Source of the DNA: a virus
Reading direction: 5' to 3' (one strand)
DNA length: 64,000 nt
IMG/VR virus record: IMGVR_UViG_3300010885_026047
Span: 32,001-96,000 of that record
How positions within the stretch are numbered: the stretch's first letter is position 1; every line of letters starts with the position of its first letter. Shown piece after piece: positions 39,420 through 48,343 of the stretch. A program made the translations under genes and the position numbers. A model generated the notes under the pieces. The model was not told where the DNA came from and did no database searches. It worked only from the letters and a program-made list of their open reading frames with translations.

Positions 39420-40069
39420 TAGTCATCACGTATAGAGATAGAGCAACACATCTATCTTGTTTGTTATCCCAGTTACAAAAGTACTGGCCTCAGTTCGATG
39501 TCTGTATCTGTGAGCAGTTGGATAGTTCCACATGGAACAAAGGTCTGTTGTACAACGTTGGGTTTAAAGAACTCGGTTATAAGTATGACTATCTGATACT
39601 ACACGATGTAGACTTTATACCTGCATGGGATGAAGTAGACTATAGCTTTACAGAAGTACCCTGTATGATAGCTGGAGCAGCTTCACAGTTTAACTATCAG
39701 TTACAGTTTCCTACTTTCTTTGGTGGAGTACTTACCTGCAGTAAAGAACACTACGAACTTGTGAACGGTTTCTCTAACCAGTTCAAAGGTTATGGGGGAG
39801 AGGACTGCAGTTTCAGAAACAGTTTTGTAGAGAAAGGTTTACAGCCAGGGGTTAAGATGGGAAGGTTTGAGTGTTTCGCACATCCTAAGCCAGACATATC
39901 CATAGGTAGTGAGTTCTGGAAGTCAGAAGACTACCAACATAACTGGAAACTGGTACATCAACCAAGAGACTTTAACGAGGGGCTTTCAACAGTAAGTTAC
40001 AAGCTAACGGAACAAACTATACAAAACAACATCACACACTTATATATAGACACATGTCAAAGAACTTAG
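39401..40069 (+). CDS. GT7 beta-1,4-galactosyltransferase-like protein
   Basis: YRDR..HL, EQ....WNKG.L.NVG, HDVD, FFGGV, VNGFSN.F.GYGGED. Confidence 0.9.
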   Translation: MEKQGLIVITYRDRATHLSCLLSQLQKYWPQFDVCICEQLDSSTWNKGLLYNVGFKELGYKYDYLILHDVDFIPAWDEVDYSFTEVPCMIAGAASQFNYQLQFPTFFGGVLTCSKEHYELVNGFSNQFKGYGGEDCSFRNSFVEKGLQPGVKMGRFECFAHPKPDISIGSEFWKSEDYQHNWKLVHQPRDFNEGLSTVSYKLTEQTIQNNITHLYIDTCQRT

Positions 40070-41208
40070 GAGTTATCGGTATCGGCAAACTTGGACTATC
40101 TTTTGCACTACTTGCAGAAGAGTCAGGTTATACAGTTATAGGTTGTGATAACCGACTGGACTATGTACACTCTTTGAACGAGAGAACTTACACTTGCTCA
40201 GAACCTTATATCAACCAGTATCTACAAACCTATCAGAGGTTTAGAGCAGAAGCTAACTTGTTCAATGTAGTAAACACCTGTGATATACTTTTCTGCTTTG
40301 TAGCCACACCTTCTTTACCTGATGGTTCTTATGACCACAGTGCTATAGAAAGTGTAGTAGCGGATATACAGAGACTTCACGTACAAGGTCTGCAGATGGA
40401 CAACAAAGTACTGGTTATCGGTTGTACCACTATGCCGGGTTATACACAGACTGTAGCAGCTATGTTAGAGTCTACAGGTATGAAAGTAGCTTATAACCCG
40501 GAGTTTATAGCACAAGGTTCCATAGTAGACGGTTTGAGAAACGCAGATATGGTTCTGATGGGAGTGTCTGAAGACAGTACTTATCACTCCTTACAAGCTA
40601 TCTATAGAACTATCATGACTAAAGAACCACTGATATCCAGGATGTCACCAACTGCTGCCGAGATAACCAAGATCTCCATCAACTGTTTTCTAACCATGAA
40701 GATAGCTTACGCAAACATGATAGGTGAGATAGCTATCAACTCTAACTTAGAACCTGAAGTACCTACTATACTACAAGCTATAGGTTCAGATACACGGATA
40801 GGTTATAAGTATCTCAACTATGGTTTTGGATACGGTGGACCATGTTTACCCAGAGACATGAGAGCTTTAGGTGTGTACATGGAAGATCTTGGTATCAAAG
40901 CACGTATACCTTCTGCAGTAGACAACACAAACGACTTTCACTCTGAGTACCTGACACGATACTTTATAGCACAAAACCCAAACAAAGAAGTACCTTTCCA
41001 GTTCACACAACTTACCTACAAACGAGGTGTAGATATGTTAGTAGAGAGCCAACAGTACAAACTTTGTCTGAAGTTGTTACACATGGGATACTCAGTAGCT
41101 ATAGACGAGAGCGATAACGTACTTATCCAAGTGAAACCGGAACTTGAACAGTACGGAGACAGAGTGATATATGGAGTAGTAGATAATGCATACAAGATAA
41201 GTATATGA
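40054..41208 (+). CDS. ugd: UDP-glucose/GDP-mannose 6-dehydrogenase family protein
   Basis: GIGKLG, VATP, T..PG, NPEF, AE..K...N.FL..KI, GFGYGGPCLPRD with catalytic Cys. Confidence 0.9.
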   Translation: MSKNLGVIGIGKLGLSFALLAEESGYTVIGCDNRLDYVHSLNERTYTCSEPYINQYLQTYQRFRAEANLFNVVNTCDILFCFVATPSLPDGSYDHSAIESVVADIQRLHVQGLQMDNKVLVIGCTTMPGYTQTVAAMLESTGMKVAYNPEFIAQGSIVDGLRNADMVLMGVSEDSTYHSLQAIYRTIMTKEPLISRMSPTAAEITKISINCFLTMKIAYANMIGEIAINSNLEPEVPTILQAIGSDTRIGYKYLNYGFGYGGPCLPRDMRALGVYMEDLGIKARIPSAVDNTNDFHSEYLTRYFIAQNPNKEVPFQFTQLTYKRGVDMLVESQQYKLCLKLLHMGYSVAIDESDNVLIQVKPELEQYGDRVIYGVVDNAYKISI

Positions 41209-41295
41209 TAGGATTTATTGCTACAAAGTACAATCTATATGTGCTGAAACTACAGAGGAATTACAAACGAAAAATGAGACACAAACGACTGATAT

Positions 41296-42084
41296 ATGAA
41301 CAGAATAACAGACTACAGCAAACTAGCAGATGATATCACGAACTGGATACGTGACTATGCAACAACCAACAATATCAAATCACTGGTAGTAGGTGTATCT
41401 GGTGGGATAGACTCTGCAGTAGTTTCAACTTTGTGTGCGAGAACAGGATTACCTGTATGGTGTTGTGTGATAGATATACATAGCAATCGGGATCATTTGG
41501 ATCTTGCCAGAACTCATATAGACTCTATACGAGAAAAAGGGATAGTGTCTTATCTATATAGTAGTCTATCTTCTACATACAACAGTTTCCTAATGGATGG
41601 ACCTGTTTCTAACAGTGCTCATACGAGAGCTAACCTGAAGAGTCGATTACGGATGATATTGCTATATGCTACTGCATGTACTGAACAAGGTATAGTAGTA
41701 GGTACAGGTAACAAAGTAGAAGACTTTGGTGTAGGTTTCTATACCAAGTATGGAGACGGTGGTGTAGATATATCACCTATAGCAGACCTGTATAAGACTG
41801 AGGTGAGAGAACTTGGTAGATATCTGGGTATATCACAAGAGATACTTGACGCTGCACCTACAGACGGACTATGGGGAGAGAACCAAAAAACTGACGAAGA
41901 GTGTCTTGGTGCAACTTACGAAGAGCTTGAGTGGGCTATGGAAGAGTTTGTAGATACTGGAGAACCCTTACATAGTATGTACTATACAGACAGAGAAAAT
42001 GAGGTACTTACTATCTACAAGAAACTTAACAAACAGAACCAACACAAGATGTTACCTATACCTGTATATAAACTGAACCAATGA
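41296..42084 (+). CDS. nadE: NH3-dependent NAD+ synthetase
   Basis: GVSGGIDS, NLKSRLRM, VGTGNKVE, GFYTKYGDGG, DLYKTEV, APTDGLW, TDE. Confidence 0.95.
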   Translation: MNRITDYSKLADDITNWIRDYATTNNIKSLVVGVSGGIDSAVVSTLCARTGLPVWCCVIDIHSNRDHLDLARTHIDSIREKGIVSYLYSSLSSTYNSFLMDGPVSNSAHTRANLKSRLRMILLYATACTEQGIVVGTGNKVEDFGVGFYTKYGDGGVDISPIADLYKTEVRELGRYLGISQEILDAAPTDGLWGENQKTDEECLGATYEELEWAMEEFVDTGEPLHSMYYTDRENEVLTIYKKLNKQNQHKMLPIPVYKLNQ

Positions 42085-42094
42085 TAAGGTTACT

Positions 42095-42802
42095 ATGAAA
42101 TTAATATTCGACATAGGTGCTAATGTAGGAGATATGACTGATGTGTATTCTCAGAAGGCTGATACTGTAGTAGCCTTTGAACCTAATCCATCTATGGTAG
42201 AAGAGTTGACCAAGAGGTTTTTTGGTAATCCTAATATCATTATAGATAGGAGAAGCTTAGATAATAAAGTAGGTACTAATATACTTATGACCTCACCTTA
42301 TGCAGCTAGTTTATCTACTTTCTCCGAGGAGTGGACTAAGAATACCAGATTTTTAGGACAGCAGTGGAATGAGCATATCGTAGTTCCTACTATCACGATA
42401 GACTCTGCTATAGAATATTACGGTGTACCAGACTATATTAAAATAGATGTAGAAGGCTATGAGTATCAGGTTATTAAAGGACTAAGTATGTTACTACCTA
42501 ATACAGTTGTATGTTTTGAATGGGTAGAGGAACAATTAAGTTCAATACTGTCTATCATTACTTATGTAAACACACTGGGATACAAAGCATTTTCCTATAC
42601 CAATATGGATAATGTAATGTGGGAAGAAGACCTTACCTGGGGTTCCTGGGAGAAACTTAATTTCCAGAAGAATATAGTACCTGATAGACATCTTAGGTGG
42701 GGGATGATCTACTTTAAGAAAGAGAGAAAAGAAAGTGATCGTCCTTTTCAGTTTGATGGGGATATATATAACTTAACAGATTTTATACACATAGAGAAAT
42801 AA
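42095..42802 (+). CDS. FkbM-family SAM methyltransferase
   Basis: DIGANVG, AFEPNP, IKIDVEGYE. Confidence 0.9.
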   Translation: MKLIFDIGANVGDMTDVYSQKADTVVAFEPNPSMVEELTKRFFGNPNIIIDRRSLDNKVGTNILMTSPYAASLSTFSEEWTKNTRFLGQQWNEHIVVPTITIDSAIEYYGVPDYIKIDVEGYEYQVIKGLSMLLPNTVVCFEWVEEQLSSILSIITYVNTLGYKAFSYTNMDNVMWEEDLTWGSWEKLNFQKNIVPDRHLRWGMIYFKKERKESDRPFQFDGDIYNLTDFIHIEK

Positions 42803-42811
42803 ACTACAAAA

Positions 42812-44353
42812 ATGGACAATAGAAAGATCTCCATATGTATACCTTCATGGAATAGGTATCAACTTACTATTGATTCTGTCATTCAGGTAATAGATGATAG
42901 TAGAATAAGTGAGATAGTTATAGTTGATGACTGCAGTACTAATGGTGAAGGTGTTAGGCTACAAGAGTCCTACAGTGGTAACCCAAAAGTGAAGTTCTAC
43001 ACAAACCCTGTTAACTTAGACTGTTACCGGAACAAACACGAAGCAGTACACAAAGCAAGTAACGAGTGGTGTATACTATTTGATAGTGACAACGTTCTGA
43101 CTACACAGTATATAGATACTTTGTTTGCTATATCTGACTGGGACAAACAGACTATCTATCAACCTTCTTTTGCAAGACCTCACTTTGACTTCAGACCACA
43201 TGCAGGTATAACTTTCACTTACGAGAACATAGCTGACTATATACATACCAATGTTATGACAGCTATGAACGCTATGAACTTCTTCATAAACAGAAGTGAG
43301 TATCTTAGAGTTTGGGACGGTTCTATAGACCCTGTTACCAGTGACAGTATCTACTTCAACTACTGTTGGTTACTGGCAAGAAACAAGTTCTACATAACAC
43401 CGGGACTTGAGTACGACCACTTAGTACACAGAGGTCACTACCAGGATAACGTACATAGAACCGGAAACTTTCACAACGAACTACTTGAAAAGATAAGACA
43501 TATCAGAAACCATATGCCACAGATAGAAACAGTACAAGAATCAGTTATAGAGCAAGTCACAAACGCTGTAGAAGTGTCAGACAAGATAAGTATGGATACT
43601 ATCTACGCTGCTTATGTGAACCTATCTATCCGACCAGACAGGAATGAGCACATGATACGAGAGTTGACAAGAGTAGGTTTACCTATAGAACGGTTTAACG
43701 CTTTTACACCTGACGAGGTCTACAAGTTTATACCTGCAGACAAGTTACAAGCTATGGAACGAAGAGGTACGAGAGGTGCTATAGGATGCCACTACGGACA
43801 AGTAGCTATCATGGAAGAAGCACTGAAGAGAGGTCAGTCAGCTTGGGTTCAAGAAGACGATCTCGTTTACTGTGACGATATACAAGACCGGTTAAAAGTT
43901 ATCTTCGACTATCTGAACACTCATGAATGGGATATCTTCTGGTTAGGTGGAACGTATCATAAAGACGCAACATGGCACAAGTCAGAGAACGGCAGACACA
44001 CTCACCCTGATCTGCAGATGTGTACCTGTACGTTGAACAGAGACTGGGAACCTACAGATAACCAGGATATAGTTAGAACCTATGGAGCTTTTAGTACACA
44101 TAGTTATATAGTAAACGTAAAGAGTTTACCAAAGATCCTTGACCTGTTAGACCAAAACGTTTACAGGAGCATGGGCATCGACTGGATCATGCTTTTGATA
44201 CAACCAGAGCTACACACCTTTGCTCACAGTTACGGTTGTGCTAAACAGTTTGATAACCAGAGCAACATAGGTTCAGGTATAAGTTACTTTTCCGGCTTCG
44301 TTAACTTAGGCTCACATTGGTTTTTAAAAGATATGAAGGATGCAAATAGATAG
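42812..44353 (+). CDS. GT2 + GT25 glycosyltransferase fusion
   Basis: ISICIP.WNR, IVDDCS and FDSDN; then VNL..RPDR, RFNA, GAIGC, EDD, WDIFWLG, HSYIV. Confidence 0.85.
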   Translation: MDNRKISICIPSWNRYQLTIDSVIQVIDDSRISEIVIVDDCSTNGEGVRLQESYSGNPKVKFYTNPVNLDCYRNKHEAVHKASNEWCILFDSDNVLTTQYIDTLFAISDWDKQTIYQPSFARPHFDFRPHAGITFTYENIADYIHTNVMTAMNAMNFFINRSEYLRVWDGSIDPVTSDSIYFNYCWLLARNKFYITPGLEYDHLVHRGHYQDNVHRTGNFHNELLEKIRHIRNHMPQIETVQESVIEQVTNAVEVSDKISMDTIYAAYVNLSIRPDRNEHMIRELTRVGLPIERFNAFTPDEVYKFIPADKLQAMERRGTRGAIGCHYGQVAIMEEALKRGQSAWVQEDDLVYCDDIQDRLKVIFDYLNTHEWDIFWLGGTYHKDATWHKSENGRHTHPDLQMCTCTLNRDWEPTDNQDIVRTYGAFSTHSYIVNVKSLPKILDLLDQNVYRSMGIDWIMLLIQPELHTFAHSYGCAKQFDNQSNIGSGISYFSGFVNLGSHWFLKDMKDANR

Positions 44354-46373
44354 TAGAAAGCAGTTAGGAGACTTGATAAAGCACTTAGGTTTAACCAAAG
44401 GTGTTGCTGAGATAGGTGTAGCAGAAGGCTCGTTCTCATCACAGATCATAGAGTGGGGGACTTTTCCACTTTACTTAGTAGACAGGTGGTTATCTGTGCC
44501 TGAAGACTATGGAGATAGTGGTTTTGACCAGGAGTGGCACGATACAAACTACAGGTCAGTGCTTGAGAGAACGCAACCTCATGGAGGCAAGTGTATAGTC
44601 TTGAGAGGGGATAGTTCGGAAATGGCTAACTCTGTACCGGATAACTCTTTATCTTTAGTCTATCTGGATGCAAACCATACCTATGAAGGAGTTAAACGAG
44701 ACATAGAAGCATGGTATCCAAAGGTTGAAGAAGGTGGTATCATAGCAGGGCATGACTACTTCAGTCAGGACTACGGGGTGCATACAGCTATAAACGAGTT
44801 TGTGAACGGAAGGTTTGATATCATACCTATACCTGAGAACGAACTAAACAACGCATCTTTTTACTTTATAAAACGACAAAAACAAAAAACAATGGCAGTA
44901 ACATGTTACTTTTCAGGAAGATTGGGAAACATCTTTTACAACATAGCGATGTTGATAGCTTACGCAAAAAAGCACAACTTACAGTACTATATACCCACAG
45001 AAGCTATAGCTTGTACTAACCGGGTTCCAACTATAACAGTTCCATCTACAGGACCTAAACCGGTGAACCCAAGTGTGTATAGAGAACCGAACATGTCTCA
45101 AGGTAACCCGTACTATCACGAGATACCTTATATGGACAACGTGCTCTTTGATGGCTACTACCAGTCCTTCAAGTACTTTAACTGGTGCAGACAGGATGTA
45201 CTGGATGCTTTTAACCTGCCACATGTAACAGAGTATGGAGTAGTGGGTGTATCTGTACGGAGAGGTGACTGTGTAGGTTCTGAACCGTTCCCCATGGCCC
45301 CTACTATCTACTATCACAGAGCTATAGAGCACATGCAGAAACTAGGACATAACCACTTCCGTTTGTATAGTGATGATATACCTTGGTGCAAAGAAGAGTT
45401 TACAACAGTCAACTATCCAGGAGCAACCTTTGAGTTTTCTGAAGGTAGAACAGAACTGGAAGACTATACATCACTTACACAGTGCGAACATAACATAACT
45501 GCACGAAGTACGTTCTCTCTGACGGCAGCATGGATGAACCAGAACCCGGACAAGATAGTACTTGTACCACAAGAGAACATGTGGTGGAAGAGCCAGAACA
45601 GAAACCTGTTAACAGACAGTGGGTTTACACAGATCTTCTTTCCGCAAGAGTATCATCCTCACATGCTGAAGTACACTTACACTTATAAGGACATCAGTTT
45701 CAAGCTTATCATACAGAACTACTGGAAAGACATCTATAGAGGTGTGGAACAAGAACCTTTGTACCCGGACTACTGCAAGATGTTAGACCTTGTACAGCAG
45801 TGTAGTAAAGACAGATATGTGTTGGATATAGGTGCAAATCACGGTATCTTTGCTGTACCTTGTTCTCTGTTAGGATATAAAGTGTTAGCGTTTGAACCAG
45901 TAGAAAGAAACGTAAACAGTATACAGTTAGCAGCTATAGAAAACAAACTTACTAACTTTACCATATGCCCATATGCTCTTTCTGACAAGACTGAAACTAT
46001 AGATATCTACGTACCGGAGTGTTCAGATAACGCCTCTTTGAGTAAAGACGCTTCTATCTCAAACATGATAAAGAAAGACTACAGTACAGAGACTATACAG
46101 TGTGTAAGGTTTGATGACTGGATAAAAGAGTACGAAGTATATAAAGATATAGGCTTTATCAAACTTGATGTACAGGGAGCAGAGTACAAGATAGTAGAAG
46201 GTATGAAAGAGTTCCTGGAACAAGCACATAACCTTACTGTAGTGTGTGAGTATGAACACCATTTAGTTACTATGGGCCACTCTTTTGAACAGATGGACAA
46301 CCTGTTTACTTCTTTAGGTTTCGAGTACAAAGGACATTTAACACCAAACGATAAGATCTTTTACAAAGCATAA
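44340..46373 (+). CDS. Methyltransf_24 + GT11 (alpha-1,2-fucosyltransferase-like) + FkbM methyltransferase triple fusion
   Basis: EIGV..G/YLDANHTY/GGIIAGHDY; GRLGN, GYYQS..YF, VRRGD, SDD..W, STFS..AAW; DIGANHG, AFEP, KLDVQGAE. Confidence 0.85.
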   Translation: MQIDSRKQLGDLIKHLGLTKGVAEIGVAEGSFSSQIIEWGTFPLYLVDRWLSVPEDYGDSGFDQEWHDTNYRSVLERTQPHGGKCIVLRGDSSEMANSVPDNSLSLVYLDANHTYEGVKRDIEAWYPKVEEGGIIAGHDYFSQDYGVHTAINEFVNGRFDIIPIPENELNNASFYFIKRQKQKTMAVTCYFSGRLGNIFYNIAMLIAYAKKHNLQYYIPTEAIACTNRVPTITVPSTGPKPVNPSVYREPNMSQGNPYYHEIPYMDNVLFDGYYQSFKYFNWCRQDVLDAFNLPHVTEYGVVGVSVRRGDCVGSEPFPMAPTIYYHRAIEHMQKLGHNHFRLYSDDIPWCKEEFTTVNYPGATFEFSEGRTELEDYTSLTQCEHNITARSTFSLTAAWMNQNPDKIVLVPQENMWWKSQNRNLLTDSGFTQIFFPQEYHPHMLKYTYTYKDISFKLIIQNYWKDIYRGVEQEPLYPDYCKMLDLVQQCSKDRYVLDIGANHGIFAVPCSLLGYKVLAFEPVERNVNSIQLAAIENKLTNFTICPYALSDKTETIDIYVPECSDNASLSKDASISNMIKKDYSTETIQCVRFDDWIKEYEVYKDIGFIKLDVQGAEYKIVEGMKEFLEQAHNLTVVCEYEHHLVTMGHSFEQMDNLFTSLGFEYKGHLTPNDKIFYKA

Positions 46374-46382
46374 ACAAACTAT

Positions 46383-47858
46383 ATGATACGAGAAGACAAG
46401 TTACACACAAAAACCGCTATACTGTTTTCAGGAAGTGCTTACAATGTGAAGTTCTCCCTGCAGTCACAACTGGAGAACTTCATCCTACCTAACAACGCTG
46501 ATGTCTTTATACTGACAGAGAGACGTTGTAAGAACAGAAAAACGGTCCATGGAGTTATCCCTGATGGCTTTGACCCATACTGGCATGAGAAAGCAGCAAC
46601 TATAACCCATGAAGAGACTGAACTATCTGATAACGATATACAGTTTATCAAAGACACTTTAGGGGACAGGTTAAAGGGTTTCTATCTGAAAGATGATATG
46701 TCTGACTATGTAAACTATCTCAGGAACCAGAGAAGTAAGATGATGGAGATAGCTAACAACTACCGTCAGTATAACATAGACAACAACTTACCTAAGAGTT
46801 TTGGTTTTGCTATAGGTAACCCTGATGATGGTAACCTCCGGTGTGTAGTAGACCAGTATGGACATGTTCGTAAGTGCTTTGAGTTGATGGCAGAGTACGA
46901 ACAACAGCACGGTTTTAAGTATGACTATGTAGTTCGTGCCCGGATAGACTTTATAGTACCTGACGTGATAGACGTAGAACAGTATACGCTCAACCACGAC
47001 CAACAGTACTTGTATGTTATGGGCAGTGTTAACCGTGATCCTTTTGAGTTTGCTGACGAGTTCTGTTGGTTCTGTAAACGACCTATGGCAGATAAGCTCT
47101 TTCCATATCTGGACAGGTTGGGTATGTTAGATGACCGGAAGTATAAGACTTACCTGGAAGAACAAGCTAACGACTTCAGGTTTGGAGCAGAGACACAGTG
47201 GGCTATCTTGTTGAAAGAGTTACAGTTACCTATCATAAACGTAAAGATCTTTAGGTCAGCTAAGTTTACAGATGGACAAGACGGATATGACTACATGAAC
47301 TATATGTATCGGTGGGACATGACCAACATAGAAGAGGAGTATAAGTTAGTTTGCGACTGTCCAAGTGATATCAACGAACACTTACCAAAACTACGTGAGT
47401 ATGGAGAGCAGTGTACACATATAACTGAACTTGGAACACGGTGGGGTAACAGTACTATAGCTTTTATGGCAGCAAAACCTGGTAAGTTTGTATCTTACGA
47501 TGTGCAGTACAACTCCCGGATAGACTACCTGAAAAGAGTAGCTAAGGACAACGAGATAAACTTCCACTTCCGGTTAGAGAACGTAGAACAGGTAGAACTG
47601 GAAGAAACAGACCTGCTCTTTATAGACACAAACCACCATGTAGAACAGTGCAGTGAGGAACTCAGACTACATGCAGATAAAGCAAAGAAGTTTATAGTTT
47701 TCCATGACACAACTACTTTCTGGGAGAAGGGACAAGGGCATGAAGTCGGTCACGGTTTGAAGTATGCTATAGAACCGTTCTTAGAGCAACACCCAGAGTG
47801 GGTACAAGACTACCGAGCTATGAACAACAACGGTTTACTGATACTGAAGAGGATATGA
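46383..47858 (+). CDS. putative glycan-modifying domain + class I SAM methyltransferase fusion
   Basis: TAILFSG...DVFI...YDYVVRARID N-domain; SDINEHL, ELGTR.G.ST, DLLFIDT.H, FHDT, NNNGL C-domain. Confidence 0.75.
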   Translation: MIREDKLHTKTAILFSGSAYNVKFSLQSQLENFILPNNADVFILTERRCKNRKTVHGVIPDGFDPYWHEKAATITHEETELSDNDIQFIKDTLGDRLKGFYLKDDMSDYVNYLRNQRSKMMEIANNYRQYNIDNNLPKSFGFAIGNPDDGNLRCVVDQYGHVRKCFELMAEYEQQHGFKYDYVVRARIDFIVPDVIDVEQYTLNHDQQYLYVMGSVNRDPFEFADEFCWFCKRPMADKLFPYLDRLGMLDDRKYKTYLEEQANDFRFGAETQWAILLKELQLPIINVKIFRSAKFTDGQDGYDYMNYMYRWDMTNIEEEYKLVCDCPSDINEHLPKLREYGEQCTHITELGTRWGNSTIAFMAAKPGKFVSYDVQYNSRIDYLKRVAKDNEINFHFRLENVEQVELEETDLLFIDTNHHVEQCSEELRLHADKAKKFIVFHDTTTFWEKGQGHEVGHGLKYAIEPFLEQHPEWVQDYRAMNNNGLLILKRI

Positions 47859-48340
47859 TAGTGCAGTTTAAAGAACAGTTAGGGGACTTACTGAGAGAGC
47901 TAAACCTACCACTTACAGTACTGATGATAGGTGTGGGAGACGGAACTTTCGCCAAACAAGTTATGGACTGGGGGACTACTAGGTTATACTTGGTAGATAA
48001 GTGGGAAGGTTACGAACTCGATGACTCTTATCTGGGTGACTGGTTTGAAAACCCTTTGTTACAGGTAAGAGATAAACTGGCTATATACGACAAGAGACCA
48101 GAGCAGTATCTTATCCTGCAGGGAGACGAGAAAGAAACTCTGGAACATATACAGGACCAAAGTGTATCTCTGGTATATATGGATCAGGAAACCGTAGACA
48201 GAGAACTTATAGAACTATCTCTGGAGAAACTGGTAAACGGTGGTATCTTTGCATGTAAGTACAACGAAAGTGGTATAGAGCAACTATACAAGCTTATAGA
48301 TATACCAAGAGATAGAAGTGGTTACTTTATAAAACAATAA
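47855..48340 (+). CDS. divergent Methyltransf_24-like protein, paralog of the N-domain of 44340..46373
   Basis: QLGDL...IGV..G.F..Q..WG..LYLVD.W and GYFIKQ/FYFIKR shared; the DANH motif is lost. Confidence 0.65.
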   Translation: MIVQFKEQLGDLLRELNLPLTVLMIGVGDGTFAKQVMDWGTTRLYLVDKWEGYELDDSYLGDWFENPLLQVRDKLAIYDKRPEQYLILQGDEKETLEHIQDQSVSLVYMDQETVDRELIELSLEKLVNGGIFACKYNESGIEQLYKLIDIPRDRSGYFIKQ

Positions 48341-48343
48341 CTT

